A stretch of 62,446 bases of DNA, filler included, from Stramenopiles sp. TOSAG23-6 (GCA_900128565.1; 13 parts of 13 records of this genome joined end to end with filler, not necessarily neighbours in it), one strand, 5' to 3'. Positions 9,921-21,987 are shown, counted from the first letter of the whole stretch. Numbers and translations are program-made. The notes: a model not told the origin generated them from the sequence alone.

Positions 9921-12286
9921 AATCATATGTGCAACTGCACATCATGGAATATTTAGATGGAAATCTTTGTGATTTGAAAGGAGAAAAGTCACCACAGAGA
10001 GAAAATAGATCATTACAAGATCGACACGTCATGTACGTTGTTTTTTTAATTTTTTTTTCCAAATTTTTTTCATACGAAATTTTGTACCTAAGGATTTTTT
10101 TAAGATTTTTTTTTAGATTTTTTTTTCCAAATTTTTTTTCATACGAAATTTTGTACCTTACAAATTTTAAAACTTTTTTTTCAAATTTCAAATTTTTTTT
10201 TCAAATGTATATTCATTATTATTTCAAAGCCAAAGAAAGCCAAAGAAAGCCTGATAAAACCTGATAAAACCTGATAAAACCTACTAAAACAAATCAAATT
10301 TGATATATTTTCACAACAATACATTCGTATATTATTAGATATTTCAAAAGGTGTCTTTCAATTACACAAATTTGGATTAGTCCACTCTGATTTAAAACAA
10401 GTTAATATTCTGTATAAAAATTTGAATGTATATGATTTAGTCGAAAAAATACGAAAACAAACGAAACAAACACGAATAAAGAACAAAAGGAACAAAAGGA
10501 ACAAAAATAAGTCTAATTTTGACGATGCTCTAAATGATATTGATTTTTATTCAGATCTTGTGTCGAGTTCTAGACTCGCGAAAGATCGCGAAAACAATGA
10601 AAAGATTTTACAAAGGAAAAAAGCATATGTATGTTTTATTTTTTTTCAATTTTTTATCTAACAATTTTTTTTTTTCGTACGAAATTTTGTACCTAACAAA
10701 AATTTTTAGATTTTTTTTGAAATATTTTTCCAAAATACATGCTGTTGCAATGTATGAAGCCGAGATACGAAACGGTCATCCAGAAATTAAAGAAGCTGTA
10801 GGTTTCCATTTTTTTTCATAGTAAATTTTGTACCTAACATTTTTTTTTTTTTAAAAAAAATACTAAAATAATATATATATATATATATATATATTTGTAC
10901 AATATATGTCGACATTGCTGAATCTGTACGATTTCGTAGACAAGTGTTTGGAAAGGAAAGTCAAGAATTTGAAGAAGCTGAGGACGAAGCGATAAGTGCA
11001 TATAATAAATATAAATTTCCAATCATTGTTAAATTAGGAGATTTTGGATGTACTGCAGAAATTGGTCGACGAAGAAAATGTTATTCACCACGTGTATCTT
11101 TTCAAAATTCAACTTTTTTTATTTATTTCAATTATGAATTTTTTTTTTTTTCGAATTTTTTTAGTCATTTTTTTGGTAATATTGTAATATAGAGATTTCT
11201 ACTACTATATGAACTATGTGTTTCATTATATACCTAACAAACCTAACAAACCTAACAAACCTAACAAACCTAACAAACAACTATCAAATTTATACAATAT
11301 TGTAATACAAATTATACATTTCCACCAAAAGAAGTCCATTATAAAACATTTGGAACAAATATCAATCCAAAATTACATACAAAAGATGATGTTTTTTCAG
11401 TAGGTATACTCGCAATGATTTTGTCTCGTTGGGATATTGATTGTAGTAATAACAATGAAGAAATGATGAAAGCAGGAACATTTTTGAGAACACAATTTCG
11501 TAATGAAATCTTTCCATCTGCAGATAGAATTGTTAATTTTTATTTAGGTGATGAACCTACACGTTTTATGAGTCAGTCTTGTACGTTTTTATTTTATATG
11601 ATTTTTTTTTTCGTACGAAATTTTGTACCTAACGAATTTTTTTTTGAAATATTTTTATTATTTTTATTATTATTATTATTTTCATATCTAACAAAATAAA
11701 ACATTTAAATATTTTTATTAACAATACAGTACTTGCTTTACTAAAAACAAAAGTGTTAGTGCCAAGACAAGAAAGAGTTGAAATTGATGTTTTATACAAG
11801 TTATTCTCAAAGTATTTACAACAGCAAGATACTCAACTAATGGGGCTAAAACAACGTGGGTCGTCTCCTCCTATACCAATTGGAAAAAAGCTTCCAGGAG
11901 GAAACTCACATTGGAACAGATCAAGAAACAAATTGATAAACAAAAGAGGTGGAGGAAGACATTTTGATGACCGTCAAAATTATTTTCAACCAATACGAGA
12001 AAGAGAAGGACAACGTCCAAGAAGAGAAAGACAACAAGAAGTGAATCATTTTCAACCAATAAGAGAGAATGAAACTAAAAGCACTAAAAGCACTAAATAT
12101 CCTAAAAAACGTTCAAAATGGTTTCAAAATCCCGGACCACTTGACACTCAAAGTGATTATTCTGTAAATTCACCACATCCACGACAACAAGGGAGATATG
12201 CACGAATACCTAATGAAGCAGGACAACCACAAAATGATACAAATTCAATTGTGTCGACATTTTGTTCATTATTTGGAATTTGCTAA
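9921..12286 (+). CDS. Ser/Thr protein kinase, multi-exon (5' partial)
   Basis: IMEYLDGNL hinge, LVHSDLKQVNIL catalytic loop, VKLGDFG, PPKE (APE-like) and DVFSVG. Introns 10033-10324, 10629-10740, 10798-10907, ~11094-11315 (boundary uncertain) and 11581-11729. Confidence 0.85.
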
Positions 12287-12522
12287 TTTTTGAAATCATC
12301 AGTTATTTTATTTTTTACACAAAAACAAAAATAAAAAAACAAATTGTACATAAACATAAACCAAAAGAATTACATTTACATACACTTCATATGTTTTTTT
12401 CATACCAGGCAACCGATCTTTTACAAAAAGAATGAACACTGAAGCTCATCTAGCTAGTAGAAGGTAGTTAAAAGTATGAAAAGGTCGGAATTTTTTTGGT
12501 TACCTGTGGCCCCTCATCCCCT

Positions 12523-13314
12523 CTAAGCCCTGCCCATCTCACACTCATGTTCTTTAGCTTTCCCTTGACATTTATCACACATCCCCTTTTTGCACTCACA
12601 CTCATATTCTTTAGCTTTCCCTTGACATTTATGACACATCCCATTTTTGCACTTTGCTATATTTTTTGCTATATTTTTGCAATTTTTCACATCCGGACAA
12701 AGGAAACACCACTGTCCATTGCTGCACCTACGTTTTCTGTTTTCTTTTGCTGCTTCTGCTGCATTTCGTTCTTCGTCTGACATCTGGCGATATCCCAATG
12801 CTTTCAAATTCAATGCTTTTCCTTCCTTGCATATGTCCTTCAATTCTGTTGGACATTTGTCACAAGCGCGAAATTTTTCCTCTCCAGCGGGCGTAATAAT
12901 TTTGAGAGTTGTGCATTTTTGTATTACTTTGCACTCCTCTTCTTCTGGACAATCGGAACATTCTATTCCATTTTCGCAACTTTCTTTTGCCTCGTCTTTT
13001 TTTTGGTTGCATTCTTCCTTGAATTTTGGACATGTATCACAATTCCATTCTTTGTTTGGTTTTCCACCTTTGCATTTACGTAATTCTTCGCATTTTTCCT
13101 TCATTTTCTTCTTGTCTGGACAAGCCACACAATCGAAACCACGTTTGCAATTTCCCATGATTCTCCTCTTTTTTCTCCAATTTCTGTACTGTCTGTACTT
13201 CTTCTTACCCCAAGATATAATCCCGGAGTGCTTTGATTGCTCACTCGAAACCGCAGATGTTCCTGTCAAAGTAATCAAAAAGATTACGAGTAGTAGTACT
13301 TGTTTTAAATTCAT
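12523..13314 (-). CDS. Secreted Lys/Cys-rich protein with repeated CxxCP motifs
   Basis: Signal peptide; repeated CVACP/CDTCP/CSDCP/CDKCP/CFLCP motifs; C-terminal tandem GMCxKCQGKAKExEC. Confidence 0.65.
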   Translation of the reverse strand: MNLKQVLLLVIFLITLTGTSAVSSEQSKHSGIISWGKKKYRQYRNWRKKRRIMGNCKRGFDCVACPDKKKMKEKCEELRKCKGGKPNKEWNCDTCPKFKEECNQKKDEAKESCENGIECSDCPEEEECKVIQKCTTLKIITPAGEEKFRACDKCPTELKDICKEGKALNLKALGYRQMSDEERNAAEAAKENRKRRCSNGQWCFLCPDVKNCKNIAKNIAKCKNGMCHKCQGKAKEYECECKKGMCDKCQGKAKEHECEMGRA

Positions 13315-13865
13315 TATATAGTAATGTTTGTTTTAGTCTGGTTTTGGTGTACGTAAATTATTTGACAATGATTGGTCTGTAGAATACAAAACAAACGTAA
13401 ATACTTTAGTATACAACAGAAAAAGTATAAAAAAAAGATTCTTTTTAAGGAAAGACGAAAAAAAAACACAGGAACAACGAACTGACTTTTTCGTAGACTT
13501 TCTCATTTTTAACAGGTTTGTGCGAAAAACAATCGGAGGTTTTAAAAAATTTCAAAAATTTGAAAATTTGAAAAAAGGATTTTGAAAAATATAAACAGTG
13601 TGTGTGTTGTTGTTGGTGTGCTCCTCTTCCTCTCCTCGTCGTCCTCCCTTCAAGTTCAAAGTGTTCACACAGGTCTACACAATACAACCACACAAAGAGT
13701 ACTTAAATAACAACAACAACAATAATAACAACAACAGTAACATCATATACATTATTACTATACTATACTATATATATATAATAACGTTACACAGATTTCA
13801 ACAACAAAACGATTTAAAAACACTCAAAAACACGTCAAAAACGTCAAAAACATTTCCTCTAACAA

Positions 13866-14303
13866 ATGAATTCTGTCTATCTTTACGTGTCCCTTGTTTT
13901 TTTTATTATATGTAATATTTTAGGGATTTCAAGTTTCTATACATTTAAGTACTCTGGAACTTCAGATGGGAGACAAGGTTGTAAAGCTAAAGCATCCAAT
14001 AATAAAGGAATTATTGGTAACGAATGCGTATTTTGGAATGAATTTCTAATTTTTTTTTTTTTTTTTCGTACGAAATTTTGTACCTAACAAAATTTTTTCA
14101 AAATTTTTTTGAAATATTTCTTCACAATATGTGTCTTTTGGAATGAAGGCGTTTGTCGTAAAGGAATTGTTGTGGAATCAGATAAAAAAATGCCAATCTG
14201 TGAAAGTGCAGCAAATTATCTACTTGTTATTCTTATAAGTTTTATGTTAACAAGTATGATTTTATTTGTGTTTTTTTTAATCAGTGGAATTGTCTGTGGT
14301 GGT
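13866..14303 (+). CDS. Small membrane protein with Cys-containing loop (partial)
   Basis: Two hydrophobic segments. Intron ~14026-14130 joins NE|CVFWNEGVC; next donor GTATGT at ~14304. Confidence 0.5.
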
Positions 14304-14480
14304 GTATGTTTTTTTTTTTTTTTTTNACAAAAAAATCGATTTTTTTTTCGTACGAAATTTTGTACCTAACGAATTTTTTTNNNNNNNNNNNNNNNNNNNN
14401 NNNNNNNNNNNNNNNNNNNNNNNNTTAATTAATTAANNNNNNNNNNNNNNNNNNNNNNNNNNNNNNNNNNNNNNNNNNNN

Positions 14481-14513
<33 letters not shown>

Positions 14514-14578
14514 GTAAATTTAAAATTTTGTACCTAATACATTTTAAAAAAAAATTACGTGTGTTTTAGTAGTTGACC

Positions 14579-15094
14579 TCAGCTATTAGGGCAACTTGCG
14601 TGAGGTCGAAAATAGTTCAATGATGGCATTTGACTTCTATCCATAGCTCCCCGAGCAGCTGCTGTCGCAAATAATGCTGCCCAGTCGTTGTAAGACACCT
14701 GGTGATGACGATCTGAGTCATCAAACCCCATAAGTAATGCCAAAAGACAATATTCCTCATCGTCAAGTTCACTCCCAAGTTCATTACGAACTGTTTGCCA
14801 CGTATGTGGACCATTCGTATAGCTATATGCAAGGATTTCTTCTGCCTCACTTTCACAACCATGAAATACAGCGTAAGGAGAACAACCAAGTCTTGCTGAC
14901 TTTGACACAAGATCACTCAGACCTCCAGCAGTAATATTGACAAAGTCTCCCATTGGAGTGTATCTCCAGAGTTCATTTGCGCCTGAAGCAGCCCACGCTA
15001 CATCTTCTTCAAACTCACCATTTAATACATAATTAGCTAATTTCCCAGCAGGTGTGCAATCAAAAAGTTCAGAAGCAAGTGAAAAAAAACCCAT
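14579..15094 (-). CDS. Hypothetical protein
   Basis: Intronless 171-aa ORF with coding-like composition; family not recognised. Confidence 0.55.
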   Translation of the reverse strand: MGFFSLASELFDCTPAGKLANYVLNGEFEEDVAWAASGANELWRYTPMGDFVNITAGGLSDLVSKSARLGCSPYAVFHGCESEAEEILAYSYTNGPHTWQTVRNELGSELDDEEYCLLALLMGFDDSDRHHQVSYNDWAALFATAAARGAMDRSQMPSLNYFRPHASCPNS

Positions 15095-15318
15095 GTTGCT
15101 TTGAAGGAGCAGTTGTTTTGACTTTTGATCTCAAGAGAGAGAGAAAGAGCAAATTGAAGAGGAATTTTTTTTTTCTCGAATTTATTAATAAATTTAAATT
15201 TGAAAATTTGAAATTATGATATTTTATTATTTTTTCTTATTTCGTGTTTTTAGGCTCTACAATTTTTTTTCATTATTATCAAAAAAAAAAAATCAAATGT
15301 AAAATAATTCTTTATAAA

Positions 15319-16799
15319 TTATAATTGTAATGCTTCTTTCACTTGATCCATAGTCTCAGTAGCCATTCCTCTAGCTTCTAATGCACCTTTTTGAAGAATT
15401 TCATCAAGATGTGTTTGATCATTTATTTACTGTGAATTTTGTATGTAGTAAAAAAACTGTTAGGTACAAAATTTACTACGAAAAAAAAAACTTTAAAAAA
15501 TTTAAAAAAAAAATATTTTTTTTTGTTAGGTACAAAATTTACTACGAAAAAAAAAACTTTAAAAAAGTCAAAGAAACATTATGAAAACGGACAATCTTTT
15601 CTTAATTTCATTTCCAATAGGAACAATACGTTCAACAACAACTTCTGTCAATTCTTTTTTTAAACGCTGCATTCTATGTATTTTGGAAAAATATTTCAAA
15701 AAATTTTTTTACCAAAAAAAAAAAAAAATTTGTTAGGTACAAAATTTACTATGAAAAATCACCATTTTCTAGGTATTTAATGACAGATTGAACATCCATC
15801 CCAGTTAGACCAGCATAAATTCCTGTATTGTAAAAAAAAAAAAAAAAAAAAAAATGCTTTAGGTACAACATTTTCTATGAAAAAAAAAAAAATTTTAAAA
15901 AAAAAAAAAAAATACCTATTAAATTGGATACCAGGGCGTTGGATTGGATCCCATGTTAAAGGTCCTTGTATTGCATCTGTTTTTGCTTTTTTAATTTTTT
16001 TTTCTATTAAATCAGCCGAGTCTGTCAAATCAATACGACTAAATGTAGACAAGTCTGATTTTGACATTTTTTTTAGACCATCACGTAAAGAAGACACTCG
16101 ATGTGTCGTTGTATTTTCAACTATTTTGACTTTTTTATTTTTTTCTTCATTTTCATTTTCTTTGTTTGTATCATTTGAAATTTTTACATTTTTATTTTCC
16201 TCTTGTATTCCAACTAATGTTTGAGGTAACACAAATACTTCTTTATCAACATAATAGTTAAATCGACTGGCAATTTCTCTACATAGTTCAATATGTTGGC
16301 ATTGGTCATCTCCTACAGGGACAACAGTGGCTTGATATAATAAAATGTCAGCTGCTTGGAGTACTGGGTATGCATATAATCCTAATGGCGACATGGATCT
16401 ATCTTTCCCACTCTTTTGCTTAAACTGTGTCATTCGATTTAAGTGACTCATCTGTGTAAAACAACTGAGAATCCAAGATAATTCAGAGTGCTCTGGTACG
16501 TCAGACTGTACGAATAAAGTACTCTTTTCGGGATCTATACCACACGCAAGTAATGCTGCAGCAGTAGAACGAGACCGAGAACGTAAACCACCATCATTAT
16601 AAGTAGTACTTATAAATGATGTAATTGCATGAAGATCGACAACGCAGTATAATACACTGTCATACATGGGATCGTGCTGTCGAGATTCCCAATTGACTAA
16701 AGCTCCAAGATAATTTCCTAAATGAGGACAATGCCCCGTAGGTTGTATTCCGGAAAATATTCGTTGACGGGTTGCCATAGCTGTCGCACGTCCAATCAT
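15319..16799 (-). CDS. WARS2: Organellar (bacterial-type) tryptophanyl-tRNA synthetase, 4 exons
   Basis: IFSGIQPTG, HLGNYLGA (HIGH), DLHAIT, YPVLQAADILLY, VPVGDDQ, KMSKS. Downstream exons GIYAGLTG, AAFKKELTEVV and NDQTHLDEILQKGA...ALQL*. Apparent frameshift near 15930. Confidence 0.93.
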
Positions 16800-17190
16800 T
16801 TTACTAATATATAATACTTCAGTATATAATGAAGCTATACACACTACAACGAAATGCAAACAAAGTTGTAATCTTGCTTTTATACTTTATAGTACGTAGT
16901 ATTACTACAGGTAGTCTTTTTTTGGTCCTTTTTTTGTTCGTGACCGAAATTCTGCTGAATTTCTGGAACATCAAGTTACTTAGGGTTAGGATTTCGAAAT
17001 TAATATATTGGATATTATGAGTACATTTTCAATTTTTTTTATTTTTTTTATGTACAGGTATATTATATTATATTATATTAAAAATTAGTAATATTTATCT
17101 TACGATAATAATACAAATAACTACTTACTGTATATTACAGCGTCTTGGTTGTATTACAAGAATATAATACAACAAAAATATGTTACCGGG

Positions 17191-17742
17191 TTATCGTGTG
17201 GTATCGGTTTTTACAGTTTGGTTCATATCAACAGGTGGGCTCCAATTAATGCCCATATGAGTCATCATTTGATCAATTTTAGATTCTACATTACACAATC
17301 TAGCGCTAAGAGCTTCAGAACGTTGGATTTGACCAGTATCACCACGACTCTTCATTCTTGCTTTTAACTCTTCGACAAGCTCAAGAACCAAAGGAGTGTC
17401 ACATCCATTGCCTGGGCAAATTGGCATGCTCTTAGTTAAATTACTTGCGACACCAACACAGCATAAATAGGAACCTTTATCGACTGAACCCAACTCCCCA
17501 TATGGTCTGCGTGTAGTCTCATTACAACATATACAAGTCGTTTCAAGAACAGCTTCTTCAGCTTCAAGTCTTATAATTTTCTTTCCAATAACTCCTGGCA
17601 TTAATGCCATAAATGTGATTGGACAACATAAAATGTGACATATTTGACAACCCCAATCAGTGACTTCTCTCTCAATTTGTGGGAAAGGTTGAGTTTGTAC
17701 TGTTTGGACTGTCGATGGGACAATGGCAGATGAAACCTTCAT
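17191..17742 (-). CDS. Hypothetical Cys-containing membrane-associated protein
   Basis: 183-aa ORF with a Cys-rich hydrophobic segment and C-terminal coiled coil. Confidence 0.6.
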   Translation of the reverse strand: MKVSSAIVPSTVQTVQTQPFPQIEREVTDWGCQICHILCCPITFMALMPGVIGKKIIRLEAEEAVLETTCICCNETTRRPYGELGSVDKGSYLCCVGVASNLTKSMPICPGNGCDTPLVLELVEELKARMKSRGDTGQIQRSEALSARLCNVESKIDQMMTHMGINWSPPVDMNQTVKTDTTR

Positions 17743-18039
17743 CTGTACCGATCGAGTAACTGATGTTTGAGATTCGATTGATTGTGTGTGTAAAGATTTT
17801 GAAATTTGCTCAGCTCACGGGCTGCCAAATGGCAAAAAAAAAAAACCAAAAAAACGGCAGTTTCAATATATAATTTCGATTTCGGATTTCGTGTTCAATG
17901 CAAAGAATATTCTCTCAATAAATTTTCTAAATTTGATTTGGTTCATCTCAATCTCATTCAAACTATATTTCAATTTGTACCTGAAAGAAAAAAACAAAGG
18001 TATATCTACATGACTTTATCTCTACCGTATTAAAAAACC

Positions 18040-19125
18040 ATGACTGATACAACATGGGACTTTCTTGGTTTTCTTAGTGATAATGACGATAATGCTTTAC
18101 CTGGAGGTAAAGATGGTTCTTTGACTACAAATCGACAAAAAAAGGAAAAAAAACACCAAACACTTCCGTCTGAAATAGACACTACAAAACACTCCCATTA
18201 CGTAAAAGTTGGTAAATGCAAGCTAACTGCATCATATGTTGGTCGTGGTAATCATACTCATGATATCGGTTTAGTTCGTTCAAATTTTCCATGTCCTTCT
18301 GGTCGGTCACTATATTACTATGAAGTTAGTATTTTAGACTCAGGAATGTGGGGTCGACTTACAATTGGTTTTACCAACAGTAAAGCGTTTTCTTTAAATA
18401 CTTTACCTGGGTTATCAATAGGATCATATGGATATCGTTGCAATGATGGAAATATACTCCATGTCGACACATCCAATATTGAATCATCTAAAGCGTACGG
18501 GCCTCCTTATAAAAGTGGTGACATTGTTGGATGTGGTATTAATTTTTTTTCTCAAGAAATTTTCTATACAAAAAATGGAAAGAAATTAGGTACTGCGTTC
18601 AGAAATGTCGCAGGAATACCAATATTATTTCCTACAATTGGTTTACATAGTCCTCATGAAAAGATATTTATAAACTTTGGATCAAAACCTTTTATGTTTC
18701 CCATCGATGAACTTGAAAAACAATTTAAATCTGAAATTACAAAAAATATTCTGGAAACTGCAGTACCTGTTGGTGCCGCAACTGAACTAGTAAAATCATA
18801 TTTGCTCCATCACGGCTATGGTAACACACTAGCTGAACTCAATGCTGAAAGTCAATTTGGAAAATGTCATGAAATTTCAGTTGATAGCCTACCGATGAAT
18901 ACCAAGACTTTGCATTTGCAAGAAGATTGTAAGAATCAAATTGTACAACAAAATTTGAAAAGTGAAGATAATGAAAGATTTACGAATTCGACGGATCATT
19001 TGAATCAAACAACAATGACAAGTAAGAGTGGCAAACAACAAAAAAAACAAAAAAAATATGAAAAAATTCTTTCTCAAAGTTTACAAAATCGTACTATTAT
19101 CAGGCAACTTCTTTTAACAGGTAAA
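18040..19125 (+). CDS. RanBPM/RANBP9-10-like SPRY-LisH-CTLH protein (3' partial)
   Basis: SPRY motifs YYYEVSI, LPG...SYGY..NDG, YGPPYKSGDIVGCG, FYTKNG, LFPTIGL, NFGSKPF; LisH LVKSYLLHHGYGNT; CTLH start IRQLLLTGK. Confidence 0.88.
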
Positions 19126-19367
19126 ATACGTTTTCAATTGTTCAAATTTTACATTTTTTTTTTTTTTTTTTTTTAGGTAAAAAATTTCGTATTATTTTTT
19201 TTNNNNNNNNNNNNNNNNNNNNNNNNNNNNNNNNNNNNNNNNNNNNTTAATTAATTAANNNNNNNNNNNNNNNNNNNNNNNNNNNNNNNNNNNNNNNNNN
19301 NNCGTACGAAATTTTGTACCTAACGATTTTTTTTAGATTTTTTTTGAAATATTTTTCCAAAATACAT

Positions 19368-21113
19368 CTTCTACAGCAGCTAGTCTTGCTACATCCTAAT
19401 ATGCGTCATGTTGTCACTCGAGAAATTGATCAATTGTTAACTCGTCCTGGTCTTGCTGAACGTGCTCGTTATTTTGCTATTTTATTTCTAAATCAAATGA
19501 CATTCAGCCATGTAGACCAAGACTTGGCGCGTCATTTAGTCGTTCTCTATTTTTCCATGTTTAAGCGTTATGTGGCGAACAAAGAAGCTTCTTTGGCTAC
19601 ACGTTTGTTGTCTGCTTTGTTAACGGGTGTGAATCGAGCTTTCCCATTTGCTGGTTTAACATATAGTGAATTTGGAGAACATCTCGATACTCTGTTCCGA
19701 GTCGCACATGTTGGCTCTTTGAATACTGCTGTACAAGCGTTGACATTTATTTTTCAAATTGTGTCATCGCAACAGAAAATTGATTCTGAGACTACTTCTG
19801 TCGATCAAAATAAAACAGATCATTCCTCAAGTACTGATGGCACAAACGAATCTAAAAATGAATCTAAAAATGAATCTAATGACGATGAAGGACTGCTTAC
19901 AAAACTCACCGATCGATTTTATAGAACTTTGTATAACAAATTATTGTCACCTGCGGTACAGCAGTCTGGAAAGCACAAACTACTTTTAAATCTTTTATTT
20001 CGTTCCATCAAGTTTGATTCAAACACTGGTCGTAAAAATGCCTTAATCAAACGACTTCTTCAATCTTCATCTCATGGTAGCGCTCCTTTAGTATGTGGCT
20101 CCCTATATCTGCTTTCAGCAGTGATGGCTGCGCAGCCAGATGTAATTCGTCTTTTTGAGAATCCTACAATAATAAGTGAAGGTGATGGCGAAGATAATGA
20201 TACGTATGATCCCAAAAAGAGAGATCCCAAATGGGCCAATGCAGCAAATTCCAAGATTTGGGAAATGTCTTTATTACGTACACATTTTCATCCATCGGCT
20301 GTTGCGTTTAGTGAACAATTACTTGGTAGTAAGAGCGGCATTCGTTATAATGGCGATCCTCTGTTGGATTTCACCCTTGGTACATTTTTGGATCGCTTTG
20401 TCTATCGACAGCCGAAGAATATTGAAGCTAGGAGAGGTGATAGTGAAAGACAACAAATTCGAACACAGGCTCAACGCGAGATGACTGCAAGACCAGCTGT
20501 TAATTCCGAACGATTTTTAAGACAACGTGTTGGAGATGTTCGACCAGATGAAGCTTTCTTGTACCGCTATTTTTCCCAAAAAGAGAAACTTGATATCAAT
20601 AGTGGAAAGAAGAGTCGTACATGTAATGAGGAAGGAAATCTCAATGCGGATGCACTTACTGATCATGCTATTCCAGATGAGCAAGAAGAGGCATTTGCTA
20701 AAGAATTAGCTGAGAATCTCATGAAAGATGATATTGATAATGCTGATGATGATGCTGAATTTGACCTAGGTGGGCTATATAGTGATGATGATGATAATGA
20801 TGATACAAATGCAGATGCTGACTTCGATGATAATGTGTTTGATGATCTAGAGACTGAAGATTTTCAGGATGAAAGTGAAGATGACCAAATGGAAAATAAA
20901 GGTAGAAAAATGAAAAATTCATCAAAGGCATCCTTGTATGCTTCTGCGGAAGAATTTGCGTCCATCTTAAACGAGGAGGAGTCTAGTGGCCAGAAGAAAG
21001 AAAGAAAACATTTTGATAGTAAAACCATGACACACATTCCTGGTCAACATCGTGGTAGGAAAAGAAATAAACGACACAATGGTGGTGGTCGCAGTAAGCG
21101 TAGGAAGCGATGA
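19368..21113 (+). CDS. CEBPZ: Ribosome biogenesis factor Mak21/Noc1/CEBPZ, last exon
   Basis: HPNM, LLSALLTGVNRAFPF, DRFYRTLY, YDPKKRDP, HFHPSA, GDPLLDFTL..FLDRFVYR and an acidic tail. The exon follows acceptor AAAATACAT (19367). Confidence 0.92.
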   Translation, partial: LLQQLVLLHPNMRHVVTREIDQLLTRPGLAERARYFAILFLNQMTFSHVDQDLARHLVVLYFSMFKRYVANKEASLATRLLSALLTGVNRAFPFAGLTYSEFGEHLDTLFRVAHVGSLNTAVQALTFIFQIVSSQQKIDSETTSVDQNKTDHSSSTDGTNESKNESKNESNDDEGLLTKLTDRFYRTLYNKLLSPAVQQSGKHKLLLNLLFRSIKFDSNTGRKNALIKRLLQSSSHGSAPLVCGSLYLLSAVMAAQPDVIRLFENPTIISEGDGEDNDTYDPKKRDPKWANAANSKIWEMSLLRTHFHPSAVAFSEQLLGSKSGIRYNGDPLLDFTLGTFLDRFVYRQPKNIEARRGDSERQQIRTQAQREMTARPAVNSERFLRQRVGDVRPDEAFLYRYFSQKEKLDINSGKKSRTCNEEGNLNADALTDHAIPDEQEEAFAKELAENLMKDDIDNADDDAEFDLGGLYSDDDDNDDTNADADFDDNVFDDLETEDFQDESEDDQMENKGRKMKNSSKASLYASAEEFASILNEEESSGQKKERKHFDSKTMTHIPGQHRGRKRNKRHNGGGRSKRRKR

Positions 21114-21447
21114 ACTATTTTTTAACTCAAATTTAATTCATTTAAATTTGATTCAAAATTATAAATTTTATCACGATTTTATCACGATTACGAATTTTGC
21201 TTTATTTTTTCAAATTTGAATACAAAATTATTCTGTACACGAAATATGAAAAAAAAACCATCGGTCACCTCTTTTTTTTGTTCAAGTTGTCAACAACAAC
21301 AACAACGATGACATCATAGTCTTGACTCCGAAATACGAGATATAGTACAACGACACAAAGAAATTATTCACTCATTGTAGCCGATTCTTATATTTTATTG
21401 ATAGGAGATTACCACTTGCACCTAAATATAGTTGTGGGGGAATAATC

Positions 21448-21852
21448 ATGTCTTTATTGTATGCTAGAGCGTTACCTCCACTCTTAGCTGCGAATAATAC
21501 GGATGGAGTTAAACTATCACTGCTGATGACATCAAAAGGTGCTTTGTTGGGTTCTGCTGGGTCAGTAATTACAGATGTATCAGGAAAGGAAGTGTCATGG
21601 GAAGCAATAGCTGCAATCGTATCAAATATTTGGTGTGATTTTGGTGATAACGATAGCGCAGTCGGACAATCTTTGGAGGTCTTAGCTTTCGAATTGCAGG
21701 TTGGGAATGTCACTGTGCGTAAAATTTGTGGTGAATTTTTTGTATGCTGCATTGCAGAAATCGAAACCCCAACACATCTTATCAATGCTAAACTGGAAAA
21801 GCTCTGTAAAATTCTTGACAAGGAACTTTCTAAATTGGATGTATCGTCTTAG
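21448..21852 (+). CDS. LAMTOR2: Ragulator subunit LAMTOR2-like (Roadblock/LC7)
   Basis: NTDGV...LLMTSKGALL, AIAAIVSNIW and AKLEKLCKILDKEL match the Roadblock/LAMTOR2 pattern. Confidence 0.75.
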   Translation: MSLLYARALPPLLAANNTDGVKLSLLMTSKGALLGSAGSVITDVSGKEVSWEAIAAIVSNIWCDFGDNDSAVGQSLEVLAFELQVGNVTVRKICGEFFVCCIAEIETPTHLINAKLEKLCKILDKELSKLDVSS

Positions 21853-21987
21853 AGATAAACGTAAAATATTATAAAAAAATACTACAAAATATACCCTAAC
21901 CCTAGCGAAATTCGAAATTTTTCGAATTCAAGTTTCAACCCACTCCAAATATTGCATACCGTATCTTATTATTGACTCAAAGTTGTA

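Noticed and set aside
9719-12286. Alternative genetic code or pseudogenisation to explain broken ORFs
   Set aside because: TAA, TAG and TGA all terminate conserved proteins at expected ends, and the breaks are explained by introns.
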